Shown: in pieces, positions 1 to 13,422 of the stretch
Layout: each line of letters starts with the position of its first letter
Position numbering within the stretch: position 1 is the stretch's first letter
From: Octopus vulgaris
Lineage: Eukaryota
Direction of reading: 5' to 3'
Length of the DNA: 64,000 nucleotides
NCBI GenBank assembly: GCA_951406725.2
Contig: OX597821.1
Span: 96,286,001 to 96,350,000, forward strand
Made by a program: the position numbers and the translations under genes
The notes under the pieces: generated by a model
Database searches by the model: none
Seen by the model: the letters and a program-made list of their open reading frames with translations, nothing else
Told to the model about the DNA's origin: nothing

Positions 1-204
1 GAAAACTGGGTGAATTTGAAAAAAATTTCTGATCGAGGAGTTTGGAAACTTCAAAAGGGTTTTCCAGCATATGCACAAGAAAGAGAAGGACAAATATATG
101 AAGAATTTATGAAGCTGGGTGAGGTACGATGATGGAAGTGTAGAATTCTTCTAATAGAGGTGTTTTGGATAAATCGACAGTGTCCTGTCTAGTTACTATC
201 TTTT

Positions 205-558
205 CTCTTTTCTTTTAACTGCCGTTTGACTGCGGCTCGAAAGATTTTTCAGTCGAACCAATTGATCCCAGAGCTTATTATTTTAAAGCCTAGTAGTATT
301 CTATCAGTCTCTTTCACCGGACTGTTAAGTTACGGGGACATAAACATACCAACACCGGTTGTCAAGCGGTGATGGAGGACAAATACTGACACAAAGACAC
401 ATACATACTCACACACACATATATACGACGGACTTCTTTCAGTATCTGTCTACCAAATCCACTCACAAGACTTCAGTCGGCCCGAGGCCATTGTAGAAGG
501 CACATGGTGTTACACAGTGTGAGTGAACCCGAAACCAAGTGGTCACACCTGCGCTTAT
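205..558 (-). mobile_element. SINE family A (tRNA-derived head, internal CA/TA microsatellite), decayed copy
   Basis: Shares blocks (taccaaatccactcacaag; gttacggggacataaac...accggttgtcaagc) with copies at 34052-34493 and 38808-39200. Confidence 0.8.
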
Positions 559-837
559 GGGAATTCTTTTTTACGTAGGGATTTTATTTAGATGCGGACA
601 AAATATTTCATCATCGATATGAAAGGGGCCAGAGAGAAAAAAAAAAACAACAAAAAAGCCTAAAGGTAAAAACCAGATTCTCGTCACTTTATAAAATAAC
701 ATAAACGTTGGATAGGGCAGCTGTTGTTCGTTTTGCTAAGATAGCAGCATGAATAATTGGAGGGAAATGTATGTTACTATGTAGGCCGAAAGACCTCGAA
801 AATATCGAGGTACTATCAATGCTTGGCGGTAATAATG

Positions 838-1252
838 CCAGCGGCGAGCTGGCAGAAACGTTAGCACGCCGGGCGAAATGCTTAGCGGTATTTCGTCTGC
901 GTTAAGTTGTGAGTTCAAATTCCGCTGAGGTCGACTTTGCCTTTCATCCTTTCGGGGTCGATAAATTAAGTACCAGTTATGCACTGGGGTCGATGTAATC
1001 GACTTAATACCTATGTCTGTCCTTGTTTGTCCTCTCTGTGTTTAGCCCCTTGTGGGTAATAAAGAAATAGGTATTTCGTCTGCGTTACGTTGTGAGTTCA
1101 AATTCCGCCGAGGTCGACTTTACCTTTCATCCTTTCGGGGTCGATAAATTAAGTACCAGTTATGCACTGGGGTCGATGTAATCGATTTAATACCTATGTC
1201 TGTCCTTGTTTGTCCGCTCTGTGTTTAGCCCCTTGTGGGTAATAAAGAAATA
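838..1252 (+). mobile_element. SINE family B with a 183-bp internal tandem duplication and tail type 1
   Basis: Head gcggcgagctggcag, B-box-like gagttcaaattcc, core gcctttcatcctttcggggtcgataaattaagtacc. Unit starts at 887 and 1070. 10-bp TSD ggtaataatg at 828-837 and 1253-1262. Confidence 0.9.
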
Positions 1253-1376
1253 GGTAATAATGGAGAGAGTAATACGCTGTGAAGTTATTGCAATCATGGT
1301 GATCTCCAGCCAACATCTGATGAAAGATACGTTATGTAGTGAAAGTTATGTGTCAAATAATATCTAAATATTCCTG

Positions 1377-1416
<40 letters not shown>

Positions 1417-1806
1417 TGTGTGTGTGTGCGCGTGCATGCATACGTGAGTATGCATGTATATATTATTAAATATACATAAATTTGGTATCCCAGTTTCATA
1501 TTACGCAGCATATTCAGAAAAATCAGCAGCCAGGTAAATGATATCTACATCTAGTAATGTATTATGTTTCAACTGAATAGGATAAAAGAAAAAAAACAAA
1601 TTGTCATAATATGTTGCAATACGATACATTAGTTCACTTTGGGTATCATTTACACATCTGATGAGCGTTTAGAAAGTATTTCGTAATATGAGACTTCAAC
1701 ACACCCGCTACCCAGATACACACACACGCGTATATATATGCACATACAACGACACTGCGTATATGTATATATACACACACATATGTGGGTATGTGTATAT
1801 ATATAT

Positions 1807-2210
<404 letters not shown>

Positions 2211-2211
2211 A

Positions 2212-2503
2212 GGAGCACTCGGTCGGTTACGACGACGAGGGTCCCAGCTGATATGATCAACGGAACAGCTTGCTCGTGAAATTAACGTGCAGGTGACTGA
2301 GCAATCCACAGAAACGGGTACCCCTAACGTAGTTCTAAAGGAGATTCAGCGTGACAAGACCGGCCCTTTGAAATACAGGTACAACTCATTTTTGCCAGCT
2401 GAGTGGACTAGAGCAACGGGAAAATATAGTGTCTTGCTCAAGGTCGAACACTCGACTTTACAATCGTGAACCGAATGCCCTAACTACTAAGCCACGCGCC
2501 TTC

Positions 2504-2505
<2 letters not shown>
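2212..2505 (-). mobile_element. SINE with family C head and tail b
   Basis: 2395-2505 matches the head at 43940 (gtgaaggcgc.tggct.agt.gttag...cttgagcaagacact). 2212-2385 matches tail 41382-41570. Confidence 0.75.
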
Positions 2506-2593
<88 letters not shown>

Positions 2594-3874
2594 CGTATAT
2601 ACAGACATAGACACAGTCACATACGCGCACACATATACTTACATGCATACATATATATAATATCGATGCATATATGATTGCAAAACTGTAAAGCAGCTCT
2701 TCTGTAACGTATGTCATGTGTTGAATACAATACGATAAAAGTTATCAATATTCTCTTGCGATGAATGCAAGGATATTTTACATTGTATTTTGTATTGCCT
2801 TGTTAAAACTCAGCCAACTGGAATGGGCTCAATGAAAAACAAAAAGCTATCACAATCTTTGCTAAGTCATCAGCTTTTAACAGTATAGAAGACAGGTTAC
2901 TCAAACTGAATTTCTATACAAATATTCGCACCAGTCTTCTTGGTATATACAACCTTAGAACATTGTTCGTAGCACAATATCTATAACTTTACAGGTCGAG
3001 ATACAGAAACTCAGAATACTCATGTTTGGACATTTGTATCCTAGATATATAGATTCATATATTGAATTAGGTCATCTGATATACGGATTAACAGAATAAT
3101 TCTCATCGTTGTGGCTTAGACAGTGGAGAAACACCCATGATCTTTAGCTGTACTTGCTTAACTAGTTTCAATAACGGACAGAAATAAGCTACCATCATAC
3201 CGAAGATCTAGTCTGAATGCTTACAACAAAGTGAGCAATACTAAAGGTACTCAAGGACTAGGTATTGTTCAACTGGGCGAAAAATAGTCTTTAACCACAT
3301 GAAGAGTTCATTCAATGAGACTTCGGTATAGTTTTCAACTACTCTCTTTCACTTCCATCCATTCATCTAGTTTAAACCCACCAACACACTTTTACTCCCA
3401 TTCACCCAATTTCCTTCTCAAGACTGGGGTAGTCCGAGGCTATTGTGGAACCTACCAGACTAAATTGCTAGGTTTGGGGATTGAAACTGAGGCAAAGTAG
3501 ATTTATCTAGAAGTGTCTCTTAGCGACGAATATTTTGTTTAATTCTTCCTTTCCTAGGTCTGCGTTTCTCTCAAACCTCAAACCTACCTACCGAATTTTT
3601 CCTGTGCACAAATATATCCGGCCATTTAAAGTATGCTTATAAAATAAATAACATAATACAAAATAGTCTATAATTCAAGCGGTCTTAGACAGAGAACGAT
3701 GTGACAGTATAATGGTGTGTTAAACGAGAAATATTATTGATTTTTGTAAGTATAGAGTTAAACGTATGTATAGATGTTTGGCTGTGTTGTGTCAACATCC
3801 AAAGACATACATACATTTATCCACAGACTATTTTCTCCGATTGAGTTCTCGCGTATGCGTACAGAGATTACGAG

Positions 3875-3913
<39 letters not shown>

Positions 3914-4301
3914 TATATACGCGCCAATGGTGTGCTAAAAGCAATTGTATTCAGTTATATCGTGCACCGAAGTTTCAATGAGATTCGAATCAATTCATTC
4001 ACAAAGGTTTTCTGCTATTGGGATAATTAATTATGTTATACCAATATTTTGTACATCTCAATGTCTTGAACTTTCTTTATAATCCTGGGCCTCTCCGGTC
4101 CATATTAATGTCACCTAGAATCATGCGTTTTAATGGGCTTCGCAGCGGTAATGCCATCCGAGTCTCACTCCACGTTTAGAATACGGGAGTCGTTGGCTCT
4201 CAAGGAGGTTAGCCATATTCTTTTTAGAATCGTGCTGGGTGACCACCAAACACCCCTCGCTGGACATATATATATATACACACACACACATATGTATATA
4301 T

Positions 4302-4438
4302 AGGCGCATAGCTCAGTAGTTAGAGAATTGGGCTCACAATCATGAGACAGTGCGTTCGATTCTCAGAGCGGGCAGTGTGTTGTGTTCTTGAGCCAAAGAC
4401 ACTATTTCACTTTGCTTCATTTCACACGGCTGTAGAAA
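4302..4438 (+). mobile_element. SINE family C, 5' fragment
   Basis: aggcgcatagctcagtagttagag...gttcgattctc...gtgttgtgttcttgagc, matching 43940-44080. Confidence 0.75.
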
Positions 4439-4537
4439 TATATACATATGTAGAAGGTTGAAAAGAAACACATGAGTTGATATATATGGAAAAAAATCAA
4501 GGTAGAAGATGCTAAAATAATTTCATAAAAAATATTT

Positions 4538-4573
4538 CAGTACCGGTTTCAGTCATTCAGACTTTTTCAACTG
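4538..4573 (-). ncRNA. Minimal type I hammerhead-like motif, U3-A8 variant
   Basis: Minus strand: cag UUGAAAA aguc-ugaau-gacu GAAA ccgg UA cug. Stem I cag/cug, stem II 4 bp, palindromic stem III. Confidence 0.55.
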
Positions 4574-4787
4574 GAAAACAATTAATTTTTGGAAAAATTA
4601 AAAGAAAAGTTTTTCTAAAAAAATATATGTATGGTATTCAAATAAAGGGAACATTTTCCTTGTTTCTGCCTGTCTCTGTCTCTCTTGTTTACTCAGAAAG
4701 GCAGAAACAAGGAAAATTCCTCTTGTAGTTGAATACTATGCAAATATTCTTTTAACTTTTTCAACATTTAATTGTTCTCCATAATTA

Positions 4788-4823
4788 CAGTTGAAAAAGT
4801 TTCAATGACTGAAACCGGTACTG
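4788..4823 (+). ncRNA. Minimal type I hammerhead-like motif, U3-A8 variant
   Basis: cag UUGAAAA aguu-ucaau-gacu GAAA ccgg UA cug. Confidence 0.55.
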
Positions 4824-5329
4824 AAATGTTTTTTTATGAAATTATTTTAGCATTTTCTACGTTGACTTTTTTCCATACATGTATGTATGTATATATATGC
4901 ATGCATGTATGTATGTATGTATGTATGTATGTATGTATGTATGTATGTATGTATGTATGTATGTATGTATGTATGTATGTATGTATGTGTATCCATATAT
5001 ATACACACTATCATGCATTTACACGCATAAATATCAACAACATACACCGATATATCCGGTAAATGAAAATCTCGATCAGGTATGGGACATTTTGAATGCT
5101 GAGTTTGTCGTTTAGTTATCGCTGAAGTCTCTGCTAAAGAAGAAAGTACCTCTTGATCTTTGATGCATTCATACATACATGTACATATGCATACATGTAC
5201 GCACATACTCATACATACCTATATAAAGCAACAGTACATTCAATTATTTTTGCCATGAGAATTGCGTTTTAAGTCCTTTGAAGTTACAGTGGGATAGATA
5301 TATAATGATGATGCTAATGAAGAAAAAGT

Positions 5330-5371
<42 letters not shown>

Positions 5372-5437
5372 GAGAGGGAGAGAGATAACAAACAAAATAG
5401 GTAAAAGTAGAAGAAAATAGAATATATAGCATCTTAC

Positions 5438-5469
5438 CAAAAGTACAGCCATTTTAATGTTCAACTTAC
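5438..5469 (-). CDS. Candidate 32-nt exon of an unidentified minus-strand gene; ATG at 5452 gives MAVLL, then a phase-0 donor
   Basis: Minus strand: tttatttcttttccgtttcAG | gtaagttgaacattaaaATGgctgtacttttg | GTAAGAtgc. Strong polypyrimidine acceptor, good donor, AAAATGG start context, not part of any repeat seen in the window. Confidence 0.55.
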
Positions 5470-5859
5470 CTGAAACGGAAAAGAAATAAAGTTATAATTT
5501 GACAATAACAGCATTTTGATTTTGAATGAGTTTCACAAGATACTTTATGTAAAATTGTATATTAAAACATATTGTCTTACTTTAACAGAAAATTTTACCA
5601 ATAAAAACATACAAATTGGTTCTATTTATCGTTTGATTATTATTATTATTCAACTAAGCTGCAGCCTTATACATGATATGTGCTCATTTTCTTAAATTGA
5701 CAAAATTACACATCATGAAATATCATCGACAAGGTCAAAGTCTGTGACGAAATGATTGTGACGAACTAATGAAATAATTAGTCAAACAGTTAATAAAGCA
5801 ACTCATTAGTTAATTATTTATTTTTAGCTTACTGGTCTACTGATAATAATATGAAAAAG

Positions 5860-6540
5860 CGAAGTACAACTTCTTGAGTACAACAGATAAAGTACACAAA
5901 GAAGGCCGGCGTCATCAAAACTGAAAATCGTGTGATTAAAGAAAAAATTAAGCAAGAAATGAACAAAACATAAAAGAAAGAAAGAAAACGCGTGGACGTA
6001 AAAAAAATGAACGGTAAGTTTGCAAGAGATTTGAACGTCAAGACAGATAGAGGGGGAAGGTGGCTATGGATGAGGAGTGACTTGAAGATAGAGACAGAAG
6101 CACTCATATGCGCAGCTCATGAACAAATGTTAAGGACCGACTATATGAAGTACAGAACAGACAACACTACAGATAGCGACAAATTCAGAATGTGTGGTGA
6201 GAGAGGTGAAACGGTGTTGTACGTTGTTCGTGAATGCCCGAAATTGGCACAACGGGAATACAAAAGATGCCATGACAAGTGGCAAGAATGATCCATTGGG
6301 AGCTCTGTGGTGCACTTGGAAGTAACAGCACTCAGCTAGTAACATGGCTAAAAAAGATTGGTGCAAGTGTGAAAGTAGAACACCTACAAGATTCAGCATT
6401 ACTTGGAACTGCAAGAATTATTCGCAGAGTTCTTGAAGCATGACCAGTAAACAAGTGCCACCTTAGTTTGTTAGCTGTGAACTGCTGACACTTTCCATTA
6501 TACCCAGCAAAATAAACTGAGTTTTCATATAATAATAATA
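5860..6540 (+). mobile_element. R4/Dong-like non-LTR retrotransposon 3' fragment, internally deleted
   Basis: DLKIETEALICAAHEQMLRT...RMCGERGETVLYVVRECPKLAQREYKRCHD is a degenerate CCHC finger region. C-terminus QDSALLGTARIIRRVLEA* has its stop at 6441-6443. (AAT)n tail at 6531-6540. Confidence 0.85.
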
Positions 6541-7495
<955 letters not shown>

Positions 7496-7497
<2 letters not shown>

Positions 7498-7609
7498 ACT
7501 GCTATTAGGGACAGCTAGGATATTTAGGACGGTTCTTGGCATCTAAGGTTACTTGTGTCCCGATGTTAAGAATTTTTCTTTCTCAACAGTCTAATTTGTT
7601 GTGTGTATA

Positions 7610-7683
<74 letters not shown>
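7496..7683 (+). mobile_element. Extreme 3' end of a third R4/Dong-like element
   Basis: LLLGTARIFRTVLGI* (stop at 7546), short 3' UTR, (AAT)n 7612-7683. Confidence 0.75.
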
Positions 7684-7684
<1 letters not shown>

Positions 7685-7697
7685 GTTGTTGCTGTTG

Positions 7698-7774
<77 letters not shown>

Positions 7775-9202
7775 CACGGTTAGATAAATATTGCGGAGAT
7801 TTAATTTCTTAAAACAATGATCTATATACATTTTGAAAAAATATGCATAAATGAAAATAGAAACAACAACCACCACCACCACCACCAACACCACCAACAC
7901 CAAAGCCGCCACCACCATCACCACCAATAACCCCACACACCACCACCAATAACCCCACACACCACCACCATCATCATCATCATCATCATCATTGTTGTTA
8001 TGCTTTGGATTGAACGGTCGTATTTTTAAGCCGCTTCTAGAGGATTGGAATATTGCCAAATTTACAGAATGAAAAGTTTTCTTTATATTTTGGATTATTT
8101 TCAAACTGGGAACCTTCCGAATGTGTAGAAGCTTCCATCAATACCTAAAGTAGATAAAAAGGTCTGTTTTGATCTATTTTAAACATAAATATCTATTTTG
8201 CCTCCTTCTTGCATTCATTTGTATTTTATTTTTCGTTCTCGGAAAGGCTCCTGTAAAAGTTACAATGATATCTGAACATAAAACACATACAGAAAAATGG
8301 AAAACAGATTCAAATAAACAGATACGTTCTTTGTAATACGGAAGGTAATGACATTTCCACCACTGAAAATATGAATACGTACGACTCAATGAAAAATATT
8401 AACAACATCAACAGCAAAATCCCTTCTTCTAGTGTTACTAACGAAAGAGAAATGCTAGGCATTCTCCTGCAGCTTGATAAAAAGCAAGATGGTTGTGATA
8501 TGTCATTTAAGAATTACCCAAATAATTTATCCGAGAAATGTCGCGAATGAGAGAGAGGCTTTGCAGCTACCCTCAAAAGAACAGTTGAACGAAAAATTAC
8601 TTAAGTGACTTATAGGACCATGAGTTCTCCGTTGAATAGAGAAGAGTATATGGGAACGTGTGCCTAGTCTTCAAAACTCAAGAGAGGGAAAGACAACTGG
8701 TAACATGCGTCACGTATCTACCCGTTTATTTATAAATTGGTGCCCAAATACATGGAACACGGCAATGGCAATACGTGTATAATGACAAAATATATTAGTA
8801 GCAATCTTTGTTCTTGGCTTTTGTCACCTTTGCAAGAAAGACAGTGAGTACTAGATATGACGTGCGATAGATTGGATTTTAGTATCCTTGAAGATCACAA
8901 CGCTGTTCTGAAATTGTCGTCTGTTGTGAATACAGAAAGAAAAGTGATTGATTGGTGATGAAGTGGAGAATACCCAGTTACTACATATGTGGTATGAAAA
9001 ATGGGTTATGGTCGTATATGACATAGGTTATAGCACTGCTAACACAGTTGATATAGTTTAATATATGTTGTAGTATATTGTAGTATATTGCATAACGGAA
9101 TACAGTATCCCTACAAGTCATTAACATTTTCGTACCAGCTTCCAGGAATGTTTAATATGTAAAACTGGGATATCCAGTAACTGCTATATTTAGTGGATGT
9201 TA

Positions 9203-9417
9203 AGGCGGCGAGCTGGCAGAGTCGTTAGCACACCGGACAAAATACTTAGTGGTATTTCGCCCGTCGTTACGTTCTGAGTTCAAATTCCGCCGAGGCCAAC
9301 TTTGCCTTTCACCTTTTCGGGGATGATAAATTAAATACCAGTGAAATTCTGGAGTCGATGTAATCGAATAGCCCCCTCCCCCAAAACTTTAGGCCTTGTG
9401 ACTGTAATAGAAAGGAT
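9203..9417 (+). mobile_element. SINE family B with tail type 2
   Basis: Same head and core as 838, but ends ccccctcccccaaaactttaggccttgtgactgtaatagaaaggat. Confidence 0.85.
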
Positions 9418-9649
9418 ATTTAGTAGCTATTTAAGCAAAGTGTTCGGGGATGATTAATGGGTTTGATGGGTGCCGATGAAGGAGCAGAAACCCATGAAAT
9501 ATGTCATATACGCACATTACTCATTTTTGGTATTCGATCTCATTGTTTGTTTACATTAAGCGTCTCAATCAGTGCTGGGTATAATTTCATAGAGAATCTG
9601 TTGAGATAACCTTAACAAGTATTGTTTCTTTAGCTACACAGGTAGGGAA

Positions 9650-10120
9650 ATAATTAAAGTCCAAACCTTCGCTAAACATTGCCAATGGTGTAGTGACTTC
9701 AAATTTTTAATCCATTAACTCTACTTCGTTTGTTCCCAGGGATTTCCAACCACAGTTTTTCTGCTTATTTTCGGAGCATGTCTGTTTTTATTCTCAGTTT
9801 ATGAACTTCTTTCCGCCTTCAAAATCCAATCTACATCTTCATTATTTATAACATTGTTTTAGATACCCGACCAAAATTCGTCTGTCTCTTTAACTGTTGG
9901 AACATTATGATTCTTTCTAGTATTTCCAATTTTTTCAAATTGCCTATTTTGGTTATCTTGAAAGAGCCAGTTCTGCTGGAATTGATTTTGCATAAATTTT
10001 GTAAACTCTGTACACTTTTTATTGCATTTCCCTTTCCCCTCCTTTTCCCCTGTCTCATCTTTTCTTGTAAATCCATACGGAAAATGTCAGCTTCTCTTGC
10101 GATATACTCCCCCATCTGAT
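9650..10120 (-). mobile_element. Decayed R4/Dong-like fragment from the region N-terminal to the RT domain
   Basis: Minus frames give QFQQNWLFQDNQ...PTVKETDEFWSGI*..NEDVDW and WKSLGTNEV...WIKNLKSLH. These match the recalled QNRLF..NQ, FWS.IW and WK.PGPDG motifs. Confidence 0.65.
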
Positions 10121-10148
10121 ACCTCCGTGGTAAGTAAAATAAATCATC

Positions 10149-10179
<31 letters not shown>

Positions 10180-12329
10180 ACATCGTTATCATCATCGTTA
10201 TTGGACGAGCTTCAGATTTTCATTTTTATCACTCTGTAAAATTGCTATATATGTCAAGATTGCTTAGTTAAAGCTATGTTAACATATATTACTATTTATT
10301 ATTTAAAGCAATGTTCACATGAGTTGGAAGTAATATTTTTCGCACATATTCTCTGTCTTATAGCAGAACTGAACCGCGACTCGCTTCACTGGAAGGTTAA
10401 TTTTCCTCCCACTTATTCGTATTAAGTTTTCGATTATCAATTTTCAATAATACACATTAAAAAAAAATCTAACGTGACGGTTTTTCTTTTACGTGCATGT
10501 AAGAAGAAAATTATAGATAAGTGGAAGAAAGAAATTCAACTCCATACTTTCAGTGAAATGAGAATGAGAAAAGCTTGCAACTTCTTTCTCTCACTCCAAC
10601 AGACTTTGGCAGCTGCGGTGATCGCCAATTCTTGCACCATTACTATCATTCAGCAGCAACTGTGCAAAATATGTTGAAAATGGTGACAGCAACGATGGCA
10701 GTAAAAAAAAAAGATTAAATAGCAGTAATTTCTTATTTTTCAGAGGCGATAACTCCAGCTGTGGAAAGACTAAATTTGCTCCGATCACCACCGCAGCCAA
10801 TTCGACACCCGCACCTCCGTCACCCTCTATTCAAATAATACCAGCATCAAAGAAAGCGAATAACAAGAATAACTATCAATCGTCCCTCAAAAAGGAATCG
10901 ATTGCACAAATAATAGGTTCTTGGAATGAACACTTTTGCAATAGAAGACCAAGTACTAGAAGTACGGGAAGAATATCATGGGTATGTGTTTGATATCCTT
11001 TCAGAGAATAGGAGTTAAGTAAATAGGTGAAAGAAAAGATCAAGTTTGTACTAATGATGATCCGAATGGTGCAGCACTTTACGCCAACGCAAACTGAAAA
11101 GATACTCTCAAGAGTTAGACACTACGGTGAAGTGAAGAATCTTTTTCTACAATGAAGAGAAAGCGTGGAAATGTCCCCAGTTGCAATCCATTCTCTTTCT
11201 AATGGTGCAAGGAACTTCTATGGAATAAATCGTAATAGCGATGGAGGTGTATGGTGAGATGGACAATTCCAGATCTACGTTTAAATCAAGCTTGCCGAGA
11301 CTAATCCTGACAACGCTTGTGGCGAAGTGGTGAAGATCTTTGACTAGGTCTGCTTCAAAAGCGGGATGCAGTTTCACGTTATGCAGGGCGCTGGGTGGCT
11401 TAAATGTTACAAGTGTGGCCGCGGACACTACTTGACGGCGTTTGCGCTGAGGTAAACAAGAATGTACGTTTTATATGGCGTTAGCATCCATAACATAGAA
11501 AACAATAATATCTCTCACAATGGAAATAGTGTCCCCCCAATCAACAGCAGTAACAACCCCTACTGCAGCAACTACTCAGATACAGCCGGTCCACTGCAAA
11601 GAACCAGGGGCACATATCATCACCACCACCCAAAATACATTAAAATGTCCCCCATATTCGGGAGAAAATGAACACATGCCAAACAGACAACGAAGACACA
11701 AATTACGTAGACATAGAGGAATTAGATACAGGCACGTAGACGTATGTACCGCTGTCCATCTCCATTTACAACTTGTTTCTTTCCCTAATATTTCGTCAAA
11801 CGACTAGAAGAGAGGAAGATGATAAAAATCCGTGTCGAGGGTCAAGAAGCGGAAGGTGTAAACCAGCAATAGTTACACAATTGGGAAGGCCGAAATGTTT
11901 GATGAGACATTCGACCATCCACATACCATCAGCACAAGAAGAAGTAAAATTACAACCACTAAGACAAAAAAAACAACAACAACAATAACCACCAAAGTGC
12001 AAAAGAGGTTACATAATATAAATAAACATTAAAAATAACATAACAAAAGATAAATATGCAAGCATAACAACAAAAACAACAAGAAAACAAATACAACAGA
12101 CAGTAAAAAACCTCAAAACAAACAAAAGGAAACAAAAGCAACAGTATAATATTTTACTGTTGAACGGTGGGTTGATGAAGTACGAGGCTATAAAAATACA
12201 AAAACAAAATGGCGCGATTTTATGAATGAGTTCAAAACACTAACAAATGGTTTCCTTATGAATAACCATCAGGAAGCTACATTTACATATAACATGGGGA
12301 TTTTCTGAGATGAAATGAAATATTAGTAA

Positions 12330-12660
12330 TAATGGTGTTGATGATGTTGATAATGAAACTGATGGTGGTGATGGTGGAGGGATAAAGTTAGTGAAATGAA
12401 AACGGCAGTGGTAGTGGTAGTGGTAGGGGGTCGTGGTAGTAGTGTTGATGGGGATGATGAAGATGTTGATAATGATAATCATGAGGATGATGACGATGGT
12501 GAGGAAAATGGTTATGATGAAGATAATGATGATGATGAAGATGATGATGATCATCATTATGGTGATGTCGAAGAAGTAAAAGAAGCATACGATAAAGATA
12601 ATGAGTATACTGAAGATGAAGAGGAGAGAGCTGAAGAAATAGGAGGTAGAGGAGGACATT
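12330..12660. repeat. Degenerate (GAT/GGT/GAA)n low-complexity tract
   Basis: Trinucleotide periodicity; produces spurious acidic and poly-His ORFs. Confidence 0.75.
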
Positions 12661-13422
12661 ATGTACCAGGAATGAATATCTTCAAAGACTGAAGGAGAAA
12701 GTACGAAGCGCCGAAAAATTTTGTTTTGCAAATGAAAGTTTGTGTGTCGTGTGAAACTTGATCAACCACCCTGCCAGATCAACATTTCTGGCAACGACAC
12801 TTAATTTCTGATAACCGAACAGGTTCGTAAATACATGTATATCAAATAGCATTCTTGATTTACTAAAATTATCGCCGTCCCTTGAGGATGTGTTGTAATT
12901 ATCAAATGGTAGTTAAGACCAGCTCCATATTGAGAAGGGAAGATAATGTTAAGAATCAAAATTTCTCCAAAGCTGACATACCATTTAACAAAAAAAGGAC
13001 AGGTTTATTGTCTGGAGATATCAGAGAAGTCGTAACACTTGTTTCTGCTTGAATAGGCATCATCAACACGAAAATTGTCCAATCTTATCTCCGACAGCCA
13101 AGGTAATTAGGCTTATACGCAAAAGAAGAATACGTTTATGGCCTAGGTATACCACTAAATACTGTATACATATCAAAGAAGGCCGTAACTATATACGGTG
13201 ATAATATTTGTCAACTACCAATGAAGATTTGTTGCACTGTGCTAAGGTAATAATTTTTCATAAACAGAAATATACTTACAGTTCTCACGTCCTTACAAAG
13301 TCACACTTTCTCCTAAACATTTCAACTACGTTTGACAGATTAATTCTTTTTTTTTAACTCCCTTTTTCTTTTAGATCTTCTTTTGCTTTCCTTTTCCAAA
13401 ACACGTTTTGTCATTTATATAT

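Larger units (their letters stand above)
4485..4877. repeat. Long imperfect inverted repeat (about 185-bp arms), Penelope pLTR-like
   Basis: Arms pair, for example ttcagtaccggtttcagtcatt with aatgactgaaaccggtactgaa, and attttccttgtttctgcct with aggcagaaacaaggaaaat. Flanked by TA/TATG microsatellite. Confidence 0.85.

Noticed and set aside
1-132. Open frame ENWVNLKKISDRGVWKLQKG... at the window start
   Set aside because: Only 43 codons, truncated, with no recognisable motif.
1312-1352. CTGATGA...GAAA hammerhead-like core
   Set aside because: No convincing stem II or stem III.
9846-10115. 89-aa minus ORF as a host gene
   Set aside because: Overlapping frames carry R4/Dong motifs, so it is a shifted frame of a dead retrotransposon.
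12396-12692. 98-aa acidic ORF
   Set aside because: Arises from a degenerate (GAT)n tract; no splice or domain evidence.
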